A stretch of 64,000 bases of DNA from Isurus oxyrinchus (lineage: Eukaryota): NCBI GenBank assembly GCA_026770705.1, contig JANJGN010000018.1, forward strand, positions 1,922,001-1,986,000, read 5' to 3'. Numbering within the stretch: the first letter of the stretch is position 1; the number at the start of each line of letters is the position of its first letter. Shown in pieces: positions 13,290 through 25,890 of the stretch. The position numbers and the translations under genes are program-made. The notes below the pieces were generated by a model. It did not search any database and was not told the DNA's origin. It saw only the letters and a list, made by a program, of their open reading frames with translations.

Positions 13290-13990
13290 AAGTATGTGGT
13301 GATGGCAGGTTATTGGGTGTAAACACAAAAGTTCAAAATTTGCCCATGGCACGGCAGTATCAAATGAATAACTTAGTCAGGACAGGACAAGCGAATATAG
13401 AAAATAATTGTTATAATAGATAAGTGGATTTGAGGCAGAGAGGGCTGCTATATTTCCATAAGTTACTGAATCGGAAAGACTATGATGATAAAGTTTACAG
13501 GTTTTGTGCTTCTTTAACAGGGATATGGATTCCAAGAGACAATTAGTCATGATAAATTGTAAGCAACATTAGTTCAGGTTCAAATGTCGTGTCGCGTGCA
13601 CTGTTGAACAGTGTATAAAATTAATGATATGAAGGAATTACAGAGGAAGCAGAAACGGTGGTTTCAAGTGGAGGAATTCAATTATCTGATTAGGTCAATG
13701 GAATTTGATCTGCTCTCCAATGACGGGAGATGACACATTGTAGCTATCACCTTGGTTTTCAAAACAATGTCGATACTGTGCCGAATAGACAGAGGTAAGG
13801 TTTTCTTCATGGTGACGTGGTTGTGAATGGAGGGCTCCCATTTAAGGACACTGAGAATGTAGTATGGCTGAGAACTTCTGATCTGCAAAACAATCTCTGA
13901 GATTGTGTAGGGGGAAGATTTAAAAAAGGCGAGTATTACAGAATTCAAAAAGTGCAGACAGAAATGGACAAGGACTTTTTGATACTAGAG
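13290..13990 (+). mobile_element. CR1 LINE ORF2 3' fragment, decayed
   Basis: Degenerate version of the RGLEYKSRDVLLRLYKALVR region seen in cleaner copies. Confidence 0.55.
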
Positions 13991-14439
13991 AGATCTAATC
14001 CACATCTTGCTATGTGCAAAATACTTCACGAATCGCGAGAAACACACCACACATATGGATTCTCACATGCTGCAACCAAACCTTTCACAGGAATACGCTC
14101 ACACAAAGAAACCACTTCATGCAAACAACCCTGCTCACACGGGGAGTTCAAATCAATATCACAATGATCCCCACACTGATATAGCAGTGTGCCCAATGAA
14201 ACTCAGCGTCACATTCCCACTCATAAACACCCTTCCCCATGCAGCGTCCCCTCACCAAACAGATTCAACCTGAATAAGAATTGTCCCTAAATAAAATCCG
14301 CTTTGCATAACAATATACCAAAACCGTTACCCTCTAAAACGGAATCCCCACATTGCAAACCAGACATGGGGACCCCACACAAATTTGCCGTCATAACATT
14401 TATCTTCTTGGCTAAAAGGGAGCTTCACACAAAGACAGC

Positions 14440-15080
14440 TGATAAGTCTACAACACGACTAGCCATACAATTACTGTGCCTATAAAGGCAGGTACGAGGT
14501 ATGAAGCACTCCAATGAGTAACTCACCTCCTGACTCCTCAAAGCTGTACCATCATCTACAAGGTACGATCAGTACTGTGATGGCATACTCTACATTTGCA
14601 GTAATGAGTGTACGTTCAAGTAAAATAAAAGAAACTTGGTAATACACAGAACGAAGCAGACCGATCATTGTTTCCCTTTTACACAAACATACTTTCCATC
14701 CAAAAACGATCCACATTAGCTGCAGAGTGTACTATCAACAGCATGCACCAAAGGCCACCCAACCCTACTTAAAGAGTACAATGTAATCTATTGCTCAATA
14801 TCGCTTCGATGTACAGTGGAAAAGGCAGAATCCGACCACCTGCAAATACACCTGCAAGCAACTCAGCATGATAACAGTGAATGAAACCGCCATTTCCTCG
14901 CTTTCAATGGGTCGAATTGCTGTGAATATTGTTAACAACATGGTAGGCTTTACTACAAATCAGGCATTGCAATGGTCCCTGAAGGCCACTCAGCACAAAC
15001 TTATCAGGCCTACTTGGAATGCCCAATACATGTCGGCCCATGCACCCACCCCCACAGACTCGGGGTGAATAAATGGTAAA
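14440..15080 (+). mobile_element. LINE 3' fragment of a second CR1/L2-group family
   Basis: gagtaactcacctcctgactcc..catctacaagg matches the reverse complement of 51490-51545. Related pieces at 54260-55050 (+) and 62990-63400 (-). Confidence 0.7.
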
Positions 15081-15399
15081 CAGAGAGCACTGTAGACACA
15101 CAGACTCCGACTTCGTACCGTGAGCCCTCACCGGACAAGGAAATGTCCCCTCACAGAACCACCCCACCCCTGCAGGCCCCGTTCCCCAACAGACTGTGAT
15201 GTTAAACAATCTAGTAACAGCAAAAGCTTTATCCATCGCCCCACCCCAAAAGCCTCGGATTCCACCCGCCGCTCCTCCCAGGTTATTTTGCACTTCCTTG
15301 TTGATGATTCAGTCAGGCACCACCATCACCATCATCAGACACCAGTCCACATATGTAGGTAACTGTCACTTCTGGATGGCCATCAGTTGAATCGACCTT

Positions 15400-18300
15400 T
15401 CCCGATTTTCAGAATTATGTTCATTGGGCTATTGTCGCATTTCACTTCCTTTTCTCTGAATTTAGTTTAGTTAAGAATGTTAATCCACGTGTTAATGGGG
15501 GTATTGTAAAGCGGCAACATTGCTGCTCTGTGATACTTTATATTAACTGGCTGCACAAGAAAATCAGATAAATGTTATAAACAAGACGGTTAAAAAATAA
15601 CAAAATTAATTTGGAAAAACTCAGCAGGTCTGGCCGCATCGGCGGAGAAGAAAACTGTTGATGTTTTGAGTCCTCATGACCCTTCAAAAGAAATAGGTGA
15701 ATCCAAGGAAAGGGTGAAATATAAGCTGGTATAAGGTGTGTGTGTGTGTGTTGGGGGGGGGCGGGGGGGGGGGGGGGTGGGGGGGGGTGGTTGGGTGGTG
15801 GGAGAGAAGTGCAGGGGGGGTGTTTGTAGGGACAAGCAAGCAGTGATAGAAGCAGATCATCAAAAGATGTCACAGACAAAAGAACAAAAGAACACATAGG
15901 TGTTGAAGTTGGTGATATTATCTAAACAAATGTGCTAATTAAGAATGGATGGTAGGGCACTCAAAGTATAGCTCTATTGGGGGTGGGGGAGCATAAAATA
16001 TTTAAAAATATTTAAACATAATGAAAATATGTGGGAAAAGAAAAATCTATATAATTTATTGGAAAAAAAAATAAAAGGAAGGTGGAAGAAAAAGAAAGGG
16101 GTGGGGATGGAGAAGGGATTTCAAGACTATAAGTTGTTGAATTCAATTTTCAGACTGGAAGGCTGTAAAGTGCCTAGTCGTAAAATGAGCTGCTGTTCCT
16201 CCAGTTTGCGTTGGGCTTCACTGGAACAATGCAGCAAGCCAAGGACAGACATGTGAGCATGAGAGGAGGGTCGACTGTTAAAATGGCAAGTAACAGGGAG
16301 GTTTGGGTCATACTTGTGGACAGACCGCAGGTGTTCTGCAAAGCAGTCGCCCAGTTTGGTCTCTCCAATGTAGAGGAGACCGCATTGGGAGCAACAAATA
16401 CAGTGGATTCAGCTGGGGGAAATGCAAGTGAAATGCTGCTTCACTTGAAAGGTGTGTTTGGGCACTTGGACGGTGAGGAGAGAGAAAGTAAAGGGGCTGC
16501 TGTTACATATTTTGCTTGGGCATGGGGAGGAGCCATATGTGGGGGTTGAGGATTAGGGGGTGATGGAGGAGTGGACCAGGGTGTCCCAGAGGGAATGATC
16601 CCTATGGAAAGCTGACAGTGGGGTGGGGGTTGAAGGAAAGATGTGTTTGGTGGTGGCATCATGCTGGAGTTGGCGGAAATGGCAGAGGATGATCCTTTGA
16701 ATGTGGAGGCTGGTGGGGTGATAAGTGAAGAGAAGGGGTACCCTATCATGTATCTGGGAGGGAGGAGAAGGTTTGAGGGCGGATGCGCAGGAGATGGGCT
16801 GGACATTGTTGAGGGCCCTGTCAACGACCGTGGGTGGAACACCTTAGTTAAGGAAGAAGAAGGACATGTCAGAGGAACCGTTTTTGAAGGTAGCATCATT
16901 GGAACAGATGCGACGGAGGCGAAGGAACTGAGAGAATGTGATGGAGTCCTTACAGCAAGCTGGATGTGAGGAGTTGTAGTCGAGTTAGCTGGAGGAGTCG
17001 GTAGGCTTGTAATGGATATTGGTGGAAAGTCTATCACCAGAGATTGAGACAGAGAGGTCAAGGAAGGGAAGGGAAGTGTCAGAGATGGACCACGTGAAAA
17101 TGATGCACGGTTGGAGATTGGAAGCAAAATTAATACATTTTTCCAAGTCCCGACGAGAGCATGAAGCAGTAGCTAAGTAATCATCGATATATCGGAGAAA
17201 GAGTTGTGAAGGGGGCCGGAGTATTCAACTCTTTTATTCTCTGTCGATGCTGCCAGACCTGCTGAGTTTTTCCAGGAAATTCTGTTTTTGTTTTGGATTT
17301 CCAGCATCCGCAGTTTTTTGTTTCTATTTTTATAACAGAATTATTCTGCAAGATATAATAATAAATAAAATGATGGGCATGTTTCGGCTCTCTAGCCAAG
17401 GTTCATTGAGATTCTACACCTTCTTTCAACTCAGGAGTCATCGTCTGATTTTACAAGAAAGCACAATATGTCTGATCATTGGGATATAGAAATTTAAAAT
17501 CATAAGAAAGAATAAATCAGCGGATGATGCAAGTGAAGTATCAAAAATTAAGTTAAATATGACATGCCAGGGAACATTATCATATATAGATTTTCACGTC
17601 TAATATACCCTGGGACAATGTAGAACAGCCCACCACGCTGACTGTTCCATGAACAACGGCCTCTGTATACGCTGTATAATATTTTGTTTTCAGTTTGTCG
17701 GGAGAAATGGCCAGAATCAGTCAAAGTTCAAAGCGACTGTGAACCATATAGAAAGCAGTGTGGCTGCAAATAGTAATGTGATTATGACGCAGCTCACAGC
17801 AGTAATTTACAGGAACTAACCTCGGAAATAAAAGAAAACGTTCCATCGCAATATCATTTCAGTGAACGCGACAGGGGGATCGGCCACAGACATGCCCAGC
17901 AGGTGCGTAGTGATACATTTTGACAGACCGCACTTTCCTCAGGAAATGTTCCCAATCGATACTAATTTAACTGGGACAACGGAAGAAAAAAAAAGTATAC
18001 ATGTTTCAGTTAAGATGCAGTTAAGAAAACAAGAGGTGATACGCCCTGTGGTGGAATTCACTACTTTCTTCCTTCATCGCACGATTCACGCTTTTTTTTT
18101 TAACATTTGGATTTTATTTTAAAAAACTGTCAGAAGTAATGAGCACACAATTTTGCGGATGCTGCAGGAAGATCTGAGTGACTCTGCAGTGCCAGTCGAG
18201 AGGCAGATTTTCTTTGCTTTTTTACACAGGCGGAATCCAAATGTTTAAATTCTCATATGGCCTGAAGTCAAAGGGCAGGGAAGCCTGAGCGAAATCATTT

Positions 18301-19147
18301 ATTACAGGTGGTTCGTTCTACTCTTTTAAGACATTCGATCAGTGCTTTGATAACGCAAAACTTAAAATAAAAGACGTGCACCGTAGTTGGTTGCAGCTTT
18401 TGGCTCCCATTTGAAGAGGAATTTGGGGAACGAGAGATTGATTGAAATTGCAAGTAGGAGAGAGGACATGACATGTGCGAGCTGCAAGGAAGGCTGGTGC
18501 AGATGGTTTTGGAAAGTGGACAAATTGAACAAAATACGTGGAGGCTGAGTGAAACAGGGATACATTTGAGCAGAATTATTGCCTTAAAATGTCAGCAACA
18601 GAGTTCATTTAGTGCAATAAGGAATTATTCCCATTTGTGTTATAGAAGCAGTAACCTGGGAACCTTACACCTATGATTAATTCCCTCAGCACATTTTCAT
18701 GGGCATTTAATTAAATGATGGTCTTGAAATCATTTTGCCATTTTTTTCAATTCAGTTGGCAGATAGAATAAAAAAAAAAATAGTGAATCAATGAATTGCC
18801 AACAGTCAAATAAAAAGAGGGCGCTAATTTGCCTGGTTATTCGATAAGGAAGAAAATTAAGCTTCATGAAAGGGGAAAAAAAAGCAAAACAAACTCAGGA
18901 CTGGATAAGCTAAACTCATAGGGACCAGGTCCAACATGAATCCTCACTATACGTAGCAGCTTCATTTGAATAACTTCAAATCAGTTGTTTTCAGTCATTG
19001 CTGCGAGCCTATCAGTCGTCCAACCTTGTGGATTGTTTAGACTGATGATTCGCTCACTACATTTCGTTCTCTCTCTCTCTCTTTCTCTCCAATGCTCTGT
19101 TCTCTGCTTTCAATGATGGTAATCCCCAGTACAACCTGCTTCTCCAT
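15400..19147 (-). pseudogene. GPR139: GPR139-like 7TM receptor pseudogene (copy B), split by a Penelope insertion
   Basis: Acceptor ..gttgtcccag then exon from 17970: VKLVSIGNIS*GKCGLSKCITTHLLGMSVADPPV..FAATLLSIWFTVALNFD*F..KLKTKYY..DNVPW..RHIVLS. Interrupted at ~17332-15597 and resumes with TM6/7 and a KFRE-like end to ~15400. Truncated exon 1 from ATG at 19147 (MEKQVVLGI). GPR139 here means family-level similarity, not orthology. Confidence 0.88.
15591..17333 (-). mobile_element. Penelope-like element, 5'-truncated, with inverted copy of its 3' tail
   Basis: RT RYIDD motif near 17190, IPFSQFLR-type region, GIY-YIG part 16300-16450. Tail ggaaaaactcagcaggtctgg at 15613 and its reverse complement ccagacctgctgagtttttcc at ~17253. 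Confidence 0.95.
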
Positions 19148-19251
19148 AGTTTTCCCTCGCCAGATTTTCAACGTTACAATTCACAGTTTGTACAGTTGTC
19201 CAGCGCTGTGAGCAGCTGAAAATGTTGACAACCGATGTGTGTCTCCTTCTG

Positions 19252-19257
19252 TTTATA
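19252..19257 (-). promoter_or_regulatory. Candidate TATA box of GPR139-like copy B
   Basis: tataaacaga ~110 nt upstream of the ATG. The same motif is conserved at 60791 in the paralogous copy. Confidence 0.45.
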
Positions 19258-21679
19258 ACATATACAATGCACAGTGAAATAAAAATATTCGATGGCTCTT
19301 CCAGACAGAACTCACACAAAAAAACATGTTTATTTTCCAAATGTAATGCACAGCACTAGATTGTCCTACGATTCAAAAGCAGAAATGCAACTTAATCTAT
19401 GCTTCCTCTAACTTCACATTTTACTGGAGGGAACCGTCCACGCTACAGAAGGAGTGAACATCCCTAAAGAAACTGTGAACATTATACAACGTCCAATTAA
19501 AATGCTTATTTTTTTTCAGTGCGGCCCACTTACATTGAATGATTCCAAAATGAGATTGGGAGCAGATATGAATTATTGAGTAGGGAATTCAATTGGAAAT
19601 CTGAGGCAGTGCGAGAATGAAACAACACAACAGTGAGAAAAAAAATGAAATCAAAGTTAAAAAGTAAGCATGCTATTGGAGAGGGCGGTATTTCTGCTGC
19701 CACCTTTAAAAATATAACAGTCAACTGTCTCATTCTGAAACCCTGGAAAAACTTTCATCAAAATAATGCAAGACACGAAGCCGTGAAACAAAACAATATT
19801 CAGAGCTCGTGATGGTCTGAATCATGCTGTTAGCCCAGAAATACATGTGCAATGCATCACGTATGATTATTAAGCAATTTAAAATTCGTAACTTTCAAAG
19901 CATTTTGAAATACAGGTAAAGGGCAACTGCTACAAGACTGTAATATCAGAGATTGGGGCATCGATGAATCAACTGCTGAAAGTGAGAAAACAAACGGTTG
20001 TCTAAAGCACACAGTGAGAAATAAAATGTATGACAGCAGAATGTTTAATAGTCACTCACAATATAAAGGACAGAAATGTAAATTCTGTTGGAACTTCAGC
20101 AGCTGCAGGCGCTTGAAGGTGAACAAACCCCCCTGCTCGAATACCGAATAACCCTTTTCTTTGTGAAACAGCGACTTCTGCTTTTCAGGATACCTGCATT
20201 TCATGGAGAAGCTCTGAACAGACCCATTTAAATGTGTCACGACGGATACACGGGGTGAGACTACACCGATCGTTATATGTACGTTAATTGCTCGAATTCA
20301 CACTCACATAAACAAACAGATTCCGTCAGCAGCTTTGAATTATTTGGCTCAAGACAGGCATTTCCAAATGCAAGACAACACCTAACTCAGAACTATCCTC
20401 ACAGAAAACGCATACCTGTGCACATTAAGGGCTGATCTCATAAAAAGAAACTGGCGCTTCAGAATTTTCGAATGATTTTTGGACCTTGTTCACTCATTTA
20501 TTCCAAATCAAATTTTTACTGATGCATCTGCATTAAAATGAATAAAGAAACACAAACTGACAGCTTCATTCCAACCCTGCATTTTGTCAGTCAAACCATT
20601 AACTGTGTGTCTCTGACATGAGAACAGGTAACATTCACATTCAAAATTCCAACTGAGGGTGTGCTGCGATAATTGTATGTGCAGGCACTGATTTTGTCCC
20701 ACTGACATTCCCAAATTCGCTGTTTATCTGCCGATATTTTTCTTCTTCTCCTTGATCAGAAGATGATCCAAGTTGAATCAGAAGGGTCGCTTTCAGTAAT
20801 TGCCAGCCAATCAATCTGCATTTTCTATCAATAAGCCCCACACTAACCAGGTTGTGTTCACTTTCCACACTTCATCTACTGACCCATATCATTGTTATTC
20901 CCACCGCTGCATTTTCCTTGGGTTACAGTCCCTAAAGGGTCTCGTTTTTCCCCATTGTGACCCTTGATCCGAAGCCTGCGGCAATCCTCCTTTGATGTAT
21001 CCAGAAACCTGAATTTGACCTCTTTAGGTGAGATTTTATTTTTTTTTTCCTGCAGCGTTAGCACATCTGGCAATCTGAACCCTGCTGTTCACAGAGGCAC
21101 AATAAGAACCGATTCTCTCCTTGGCCTGCTGCCAGCACAACCCTTGCACCTCCAACGGAGCAAAAACACGCAAACACACACAAGACCCCACCCCCCACCT
21201 CCTCCACCCCACTCACTCTGCATTCACAGTCTTGGTGTCTTACAGGGGCCACCCTTAGTACCTTACGCTCAAAACACCCAACCTCTGAGCCCAGTGCTGT
21301 AGTTCAACATCTTGCGCTTAAGACCCTGTCATTCACTTCCCACAACCTACTCCTGGATGCAGTGTAACCCTACCTACTTCCTGCTCTCTCTTCCCCATAA
21401 TCTAGTACTTGGAAACATACATGAAAATAATTACATGGGTGAAAACATAGCTGAGTTGTGTAACTGTCAAAAAAGCTTTAGGAGTACATTTCATGGAATG
21501 TATAAAGTTGATCAGTTATTTGTTGGTTTCTAAAGCATTATGAGAAAATAAACCATTCACATTAGTAGATATTGTGACACCCGGTTACGGCGTCATATTG
21601 AGCTCATTATTGTCAGAGTGCGACCAGTATTCTGTGTAGAAAATTAACCTGCAGTTGTCGTGAATAGGGGATGCTGTAA

Positions 21680-24600
21680 ACTGAAGCAGTAACAGCCAAT
21701 GCTGGGAAAGCATAGCAGGTCCAGCAACATCTGTGGAGAAAGAAACTGAGCCCTTGCTTCAATTCTGTACGACCCTTCGAAGGAGCTGAAGACAAGTGGA
21801 TATTTGATGAGATTTATACTGCTTAAGGGCAGAGGAGCAGGTGAAAATGGAGAAAAAAACAGTGATAGGTGATGTCAAAGGAGAGATTGACAAAGATGTA
21901 ATAATGATACACTGACACTGGGACTGTTAATGGTAGTGGTACAGGTGAAAGACGGCGCTGATAGTCGCGTAAATTTAAGAAAGCAGAATGGGATGATCGT
22001 AGAACAAGAGTAGGATTGTGTGATAGAACAGAGGGAAGAATTAAAAGGTCGCAATTTTGGGGGTGGGGTTGTTGGGGGCGTCGGTGTTTGTGTAAGATAA
22101 TAGAAAATATGATAGAAGAGCAGATTAATAAGGTATAAAAATGTATAAATGACTACAGCATAAGTTGATGAAATAAATGTGAATGAAGAAAAATGGGATT
22201 AAAATGAGAGTTTGGATAGAGAAGAGAGCTAAAAAAAATTGGAATTGTTGAACGGAATATTAATTGGGAACGGCTGTAATGTGCCTAAAGAGACGAGACA
22301 CTGTCCCTCCAGTTTGTGTCGGGTTTCACTGAAACATTGCAACTGCCCGATAATTTACATGTGGGCATAAGAGCAGGATGTTGTGTTAAAATGCGAATCG
22401 ACAGGAAGGTCTGGGTCATGCTTGTGGACAAACTGAAGGTGTCCTGCAAAGCGGTTATTTAATCTTCCTTTGTTCTGTCCAATGTCACGGAGATCACATT
22501 TGGCACAGTGACCTTAGTAAACCGAATTGAAGGTGGTGCAAGTGAAGCACTGATTCAACTGAAAGAAGTGTTTGAGCCGTTGGGTGGTAAGGCAAGACAT
22601 GGTAATGGATCACGTGCTGCAAATTGTGCAATTGCATTGGAAGGTGCCGTGGGAACAGAATGAAAGATTGGGGCTGATAGAGGAGTGATTGCAGGAGCCT
22701 AGAGGGAACAGTTGCAACGGAATGCTGACTGACGGGGTCACTGGAAGTTGTGTTCTGTGGTGGCATCATGGTGCAGCTGTTGAAAATGGCGCAAGAATGT
22801 GCTCCAAATGTGTAGATGGCTGTGGTGAAAATTGAGGGCATGGGGGGCCTATCATGCTTCTAGGAGGTAAAGCGCATATGCAGGCAGTGGCGTGGGAGCA
22901 GGTAGGATACGCCTGAGTGCTCTGTCAGTCTCAGAGTGTGGAGAACCTCCTTTATGGATGAAGGGACACATGCCCGAAGTGCCGTTTTGGGACGTAACAT
23001 CATCGGAACAGATGCAAAGTCTCTGAGAGAATTTGCAGAATGGGATGGAGGCATCACAGGAAGCATGCCAAGGAGGAGCATGAGTCGATTGATCTGTGGC
23101 AGTGGCTGGGCTTATCGTAAAAAGTGATGGGCACGCTATCACCATAAGTTACAACAGAGAGGTTAAGGAAGGGAGTGGAAGTGCCGGAGATAGAGCATAT
23201 GAAGGTGGTAGAGCAGAGGAAATTTGAAGCAAAATTGTTAATTTTCTCCTAAGATTTGGACGAGAGCATGAAGCTGCACGGGTACAGTCATTGATGTACT
23301 GCAAGAAAAAGAGTTGTGTGAGGAGGTCTGAGTATGACTGGAACAAGGAATACACGACTGTACACTCGAAGAGGTAGACAAAACTGGGTACATGCGACAA
23401 CCCATAGCCTCATTAGTTAAATGGATGAAGTGAGACAAGTAAAAGAAGAATTGTATCATTGAGAGAACAATTTCAGACAGAAGGGGTGAGGTGATGGATG
23501 GCTGGTTGCCCGGGCTCCTGTTCAAGATACTGGTGGAGATGGAGTAGAGATATTGGGCTTCCATGGTAAAGAGGAGAACCTTAGAACCACGGAAGTGGAA
23601 ATTGTTGATGTGACTTTGGGCATCAGAGGAAGCGTGGATATAGGAGGGAGAATACTGGACAAAGGGAGAAAGGAGAGAGTCAGTATATAAATAAATGAGT
23701 ACAGTGAGGCAAGGACACTCAGGCCCCATCGCTCTGCTGGGGAGTCCTGTTTGTTACTTTTGGGAACGAGTTCGAAGCTTGGGTTCTGTGGTTGGGCGAC
23801 TATGAGTGGAAGCTCTGGACGGAACCACTTCGGAGTAGAAGAGGACAGTCACAGTCCTGGAATCAATGGCCACATTTTCGGTGGTGGGGCCATGTTACAA
23901 GGGGAGGTAGGAAGCGTTGTCTGAGATTTAAAGCTCAGCCTCTCTGAGGTAGAGGCAAGTAGTCCAGACAACATCACAAAACTTTTGTCGGTAGGTTTCA
24001 TTACAAAGTCAGCTTTGCACCTATTAGAACGCAGTGCAGCTAGTTCAGAAGGAAAAAAGTTTAGAGTGGGTAAGAGGACATAGGAATTGAGTTGGATTAC
24101 GTCACAATGACAGATCTCAAAAAAATATCAAGAGCAGGGAATATGCCAGAGGCAGGTATCCAGGTGCAGAAAGAATCTAGGGGATGGTTGAAAGTACCAT
24201 GTAAATAGGTGGCGTTGGGGCGCGGAGCATACTCCTTCCCAAAAACGTGAGCACGGATCCGAATGTAGCAGAATAAGTGTTCAGCATTGTGCAGAACCCA
24301 ATATTCATTGAGGTGACGACACAAGTGCATGCAAATTAGTCAGCTGCTGAACACTAAAGGTTGAGCATCCGAGATGTAAGGCTAAATAATATTGTGAATA
24401 AATCGCAAGAGGTGGGATTATGCGACGTGGATGGAGTGAAAAGGATGGGAAGGGGTTTGGTTTGTGGATGGGCGTTGTCATCCATAAATGTTTGGAGCTT
24501 TCGTTCCTTAGCTACTGAAAGGAACAGAAAAGTTATCTCTGAAAATGTTTGGTGAGATGAAATCTAAAATGAATCTGGGGACAGCTATGAGATAGAATGC

Positions 24601-25330
24601 ATCGATGCTGATGTGTGGTTGCTCGCGTGTGTACATCTGGCAGCTCAGTGCACTGAATGTGGACTGCAGGATAAGGAAGGACAACAATCAGAGGAACATT
24701 GTGTTTCCTGGAGATACCTGGAATCATGGATGGATAAATGGATTCGAAACATTATCAATTGAACATGGACTTGGATCCACAAAGTGGAAGTTGGAGATCG
24801 AGACAGTCGCTGAGTAAGGGAATACAACTGTGAAAGCGAGATTTGGCAAACACTTTGTCAAACACAAGGAGGGAAATACAAAACAAAGGAGGTCAACAGG
24901 TCAAAAGAGAAGAACAAAACATTTGCTGCGGAGAAGATTAGAATTTCTTCAAGGTAAGCATTCCAAGAAGAGGGGTAAAAGTGAATTAAACACGAAGATT
25001 AAAGCGAAAAACTGCATGATTGAAATCTAAAACAGTAACAGAACATTTTTGAAAAACTGCGCAAGTCCAATAGCATCTCTGGAGGGACAAACAGGGCCGA
25101 AATTGCGAATTTGATTCACCCTTCTTCAGAACTAAAGTGAAGTAGAAATTTCATTAAATGCATACTGTTCAAAGCGTGTGGAGCAGATAAAGCTGCATAG
25201 AAGGCCAGCGATAGCTGATTGCAAAGGAGAGACTAATCTTGATGTCATGAACAAAAGATCAATGGGAATGGTACTGGCCGTGTTAAGGCCTAAATAATGT
25301 GTTGATATTGGCAAAGTTGAGAAGGAACTT
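21680..25330 (-). mobile_element. Near full-length old Penelope-like element with terminal repeat (pLTR) copies at both ends
   Basis: Decayed N-terminal region, RT (FTMEAQYLY, QYIND for YIDD) and GIY-YIG. Tail cagcaggtcca.cagcatct.tggag at ~21715 and repeated at ~25060-25130. Confidence 0.9.
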
Positions 25331-25742
25331 TGAATTGTTCGCCTTCATCGCAGCAAGCAGCATGAACTACGGCAGCTGAGTACTGTGGGGGAAACAAAGG
25401 AGCTGATTTATACGTTCTCCAGGGACTTAGTGACCCAGTGAAGCAGAAACGTGTTAGACCGCCTTCAAGTGGGTGCAATCACACTTATTTTATCTCAGGC
25501 AATCAATATTTCTGGAGGATTCTAATAGCTTTTTTTTAGATTTTCAGCAACTTCAATGTGTAACATCACCAACTGTGCACTGTCCAATATCTTCCAGCAG
25601 TCTGCTCTTTCCACACCTAAAGAACAACAATAATCCATTGTTTCGTGACCTTAGAAATCTCGGTCGTTTTACATCTCAAACTTGATGCCTGATGGTTAGA
25701 TGTTATCACTTGGTTTCACCAAAAGTCTCTGTTTGATCGTAG

Positions 25743-25890
25743 GTCCGCTTCCGGGATATTATGATGATTTCAGGATGAAACCATTGAATGTCAGGTCGAT
25801 TGGTTGCTGCTGGAATCTGGCCCTTGTGATCTCTTCACAGTGCTAGATGCCGGTAGTGATCTCCCCACTCTCGGTGATTTGAATTGCTGA
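25743..25890 (+). pseudogene. Cytoplasmic-tail exon of G2 (Tyr motif), one frameshift
   Basis: After ..gatcgtag: GPLPGYYDD(fs)DETIECQVDWLLLESGPCDLFTVLDAGSDLPTLGDLNC*. Aligns with 50419-50529 (PRDYDDAETLGNDSNGDHLLLDCAHDYVFTQQSAGG). Confidence 0.8.

Larger units (their letters stand above)
19824..25890 (+). pseudogene. SRCR receptor pseudogene G2 (leader, at least 3 SRCR exons, cytoplasmic exons), with a Penelope element in its last intron
   Basis: Leader-like ATG 19824 MLL.. with gtatga donor at 19861. SRCR remnants ~19870-20170 (FEIQVKGN..KTV/CNIRDWGIDE..GC..WNFSS), 20189-20495 (RGETTPIVIC..RHF..TENAYLC), ~20645-20900 (QLRV..CAG..ICR). 99-bp phase-1 exon 20929-21027 with canonical splice sites. 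Tail exon from 25743. Confidence 0.65.

Noticed and set aside
14000-14440. CA-rich stretch with His/Thr-rich ORFs
   Set aside because: Low-complexity decayed repeat with no definable period or splice context.
16441-17127. Longest ORFs of the track (228 aa here; also 9705, 23238, 57029)
   Set aside because: Off-frame or partial readings of Penelope elements and the minisatellite, not host genes.
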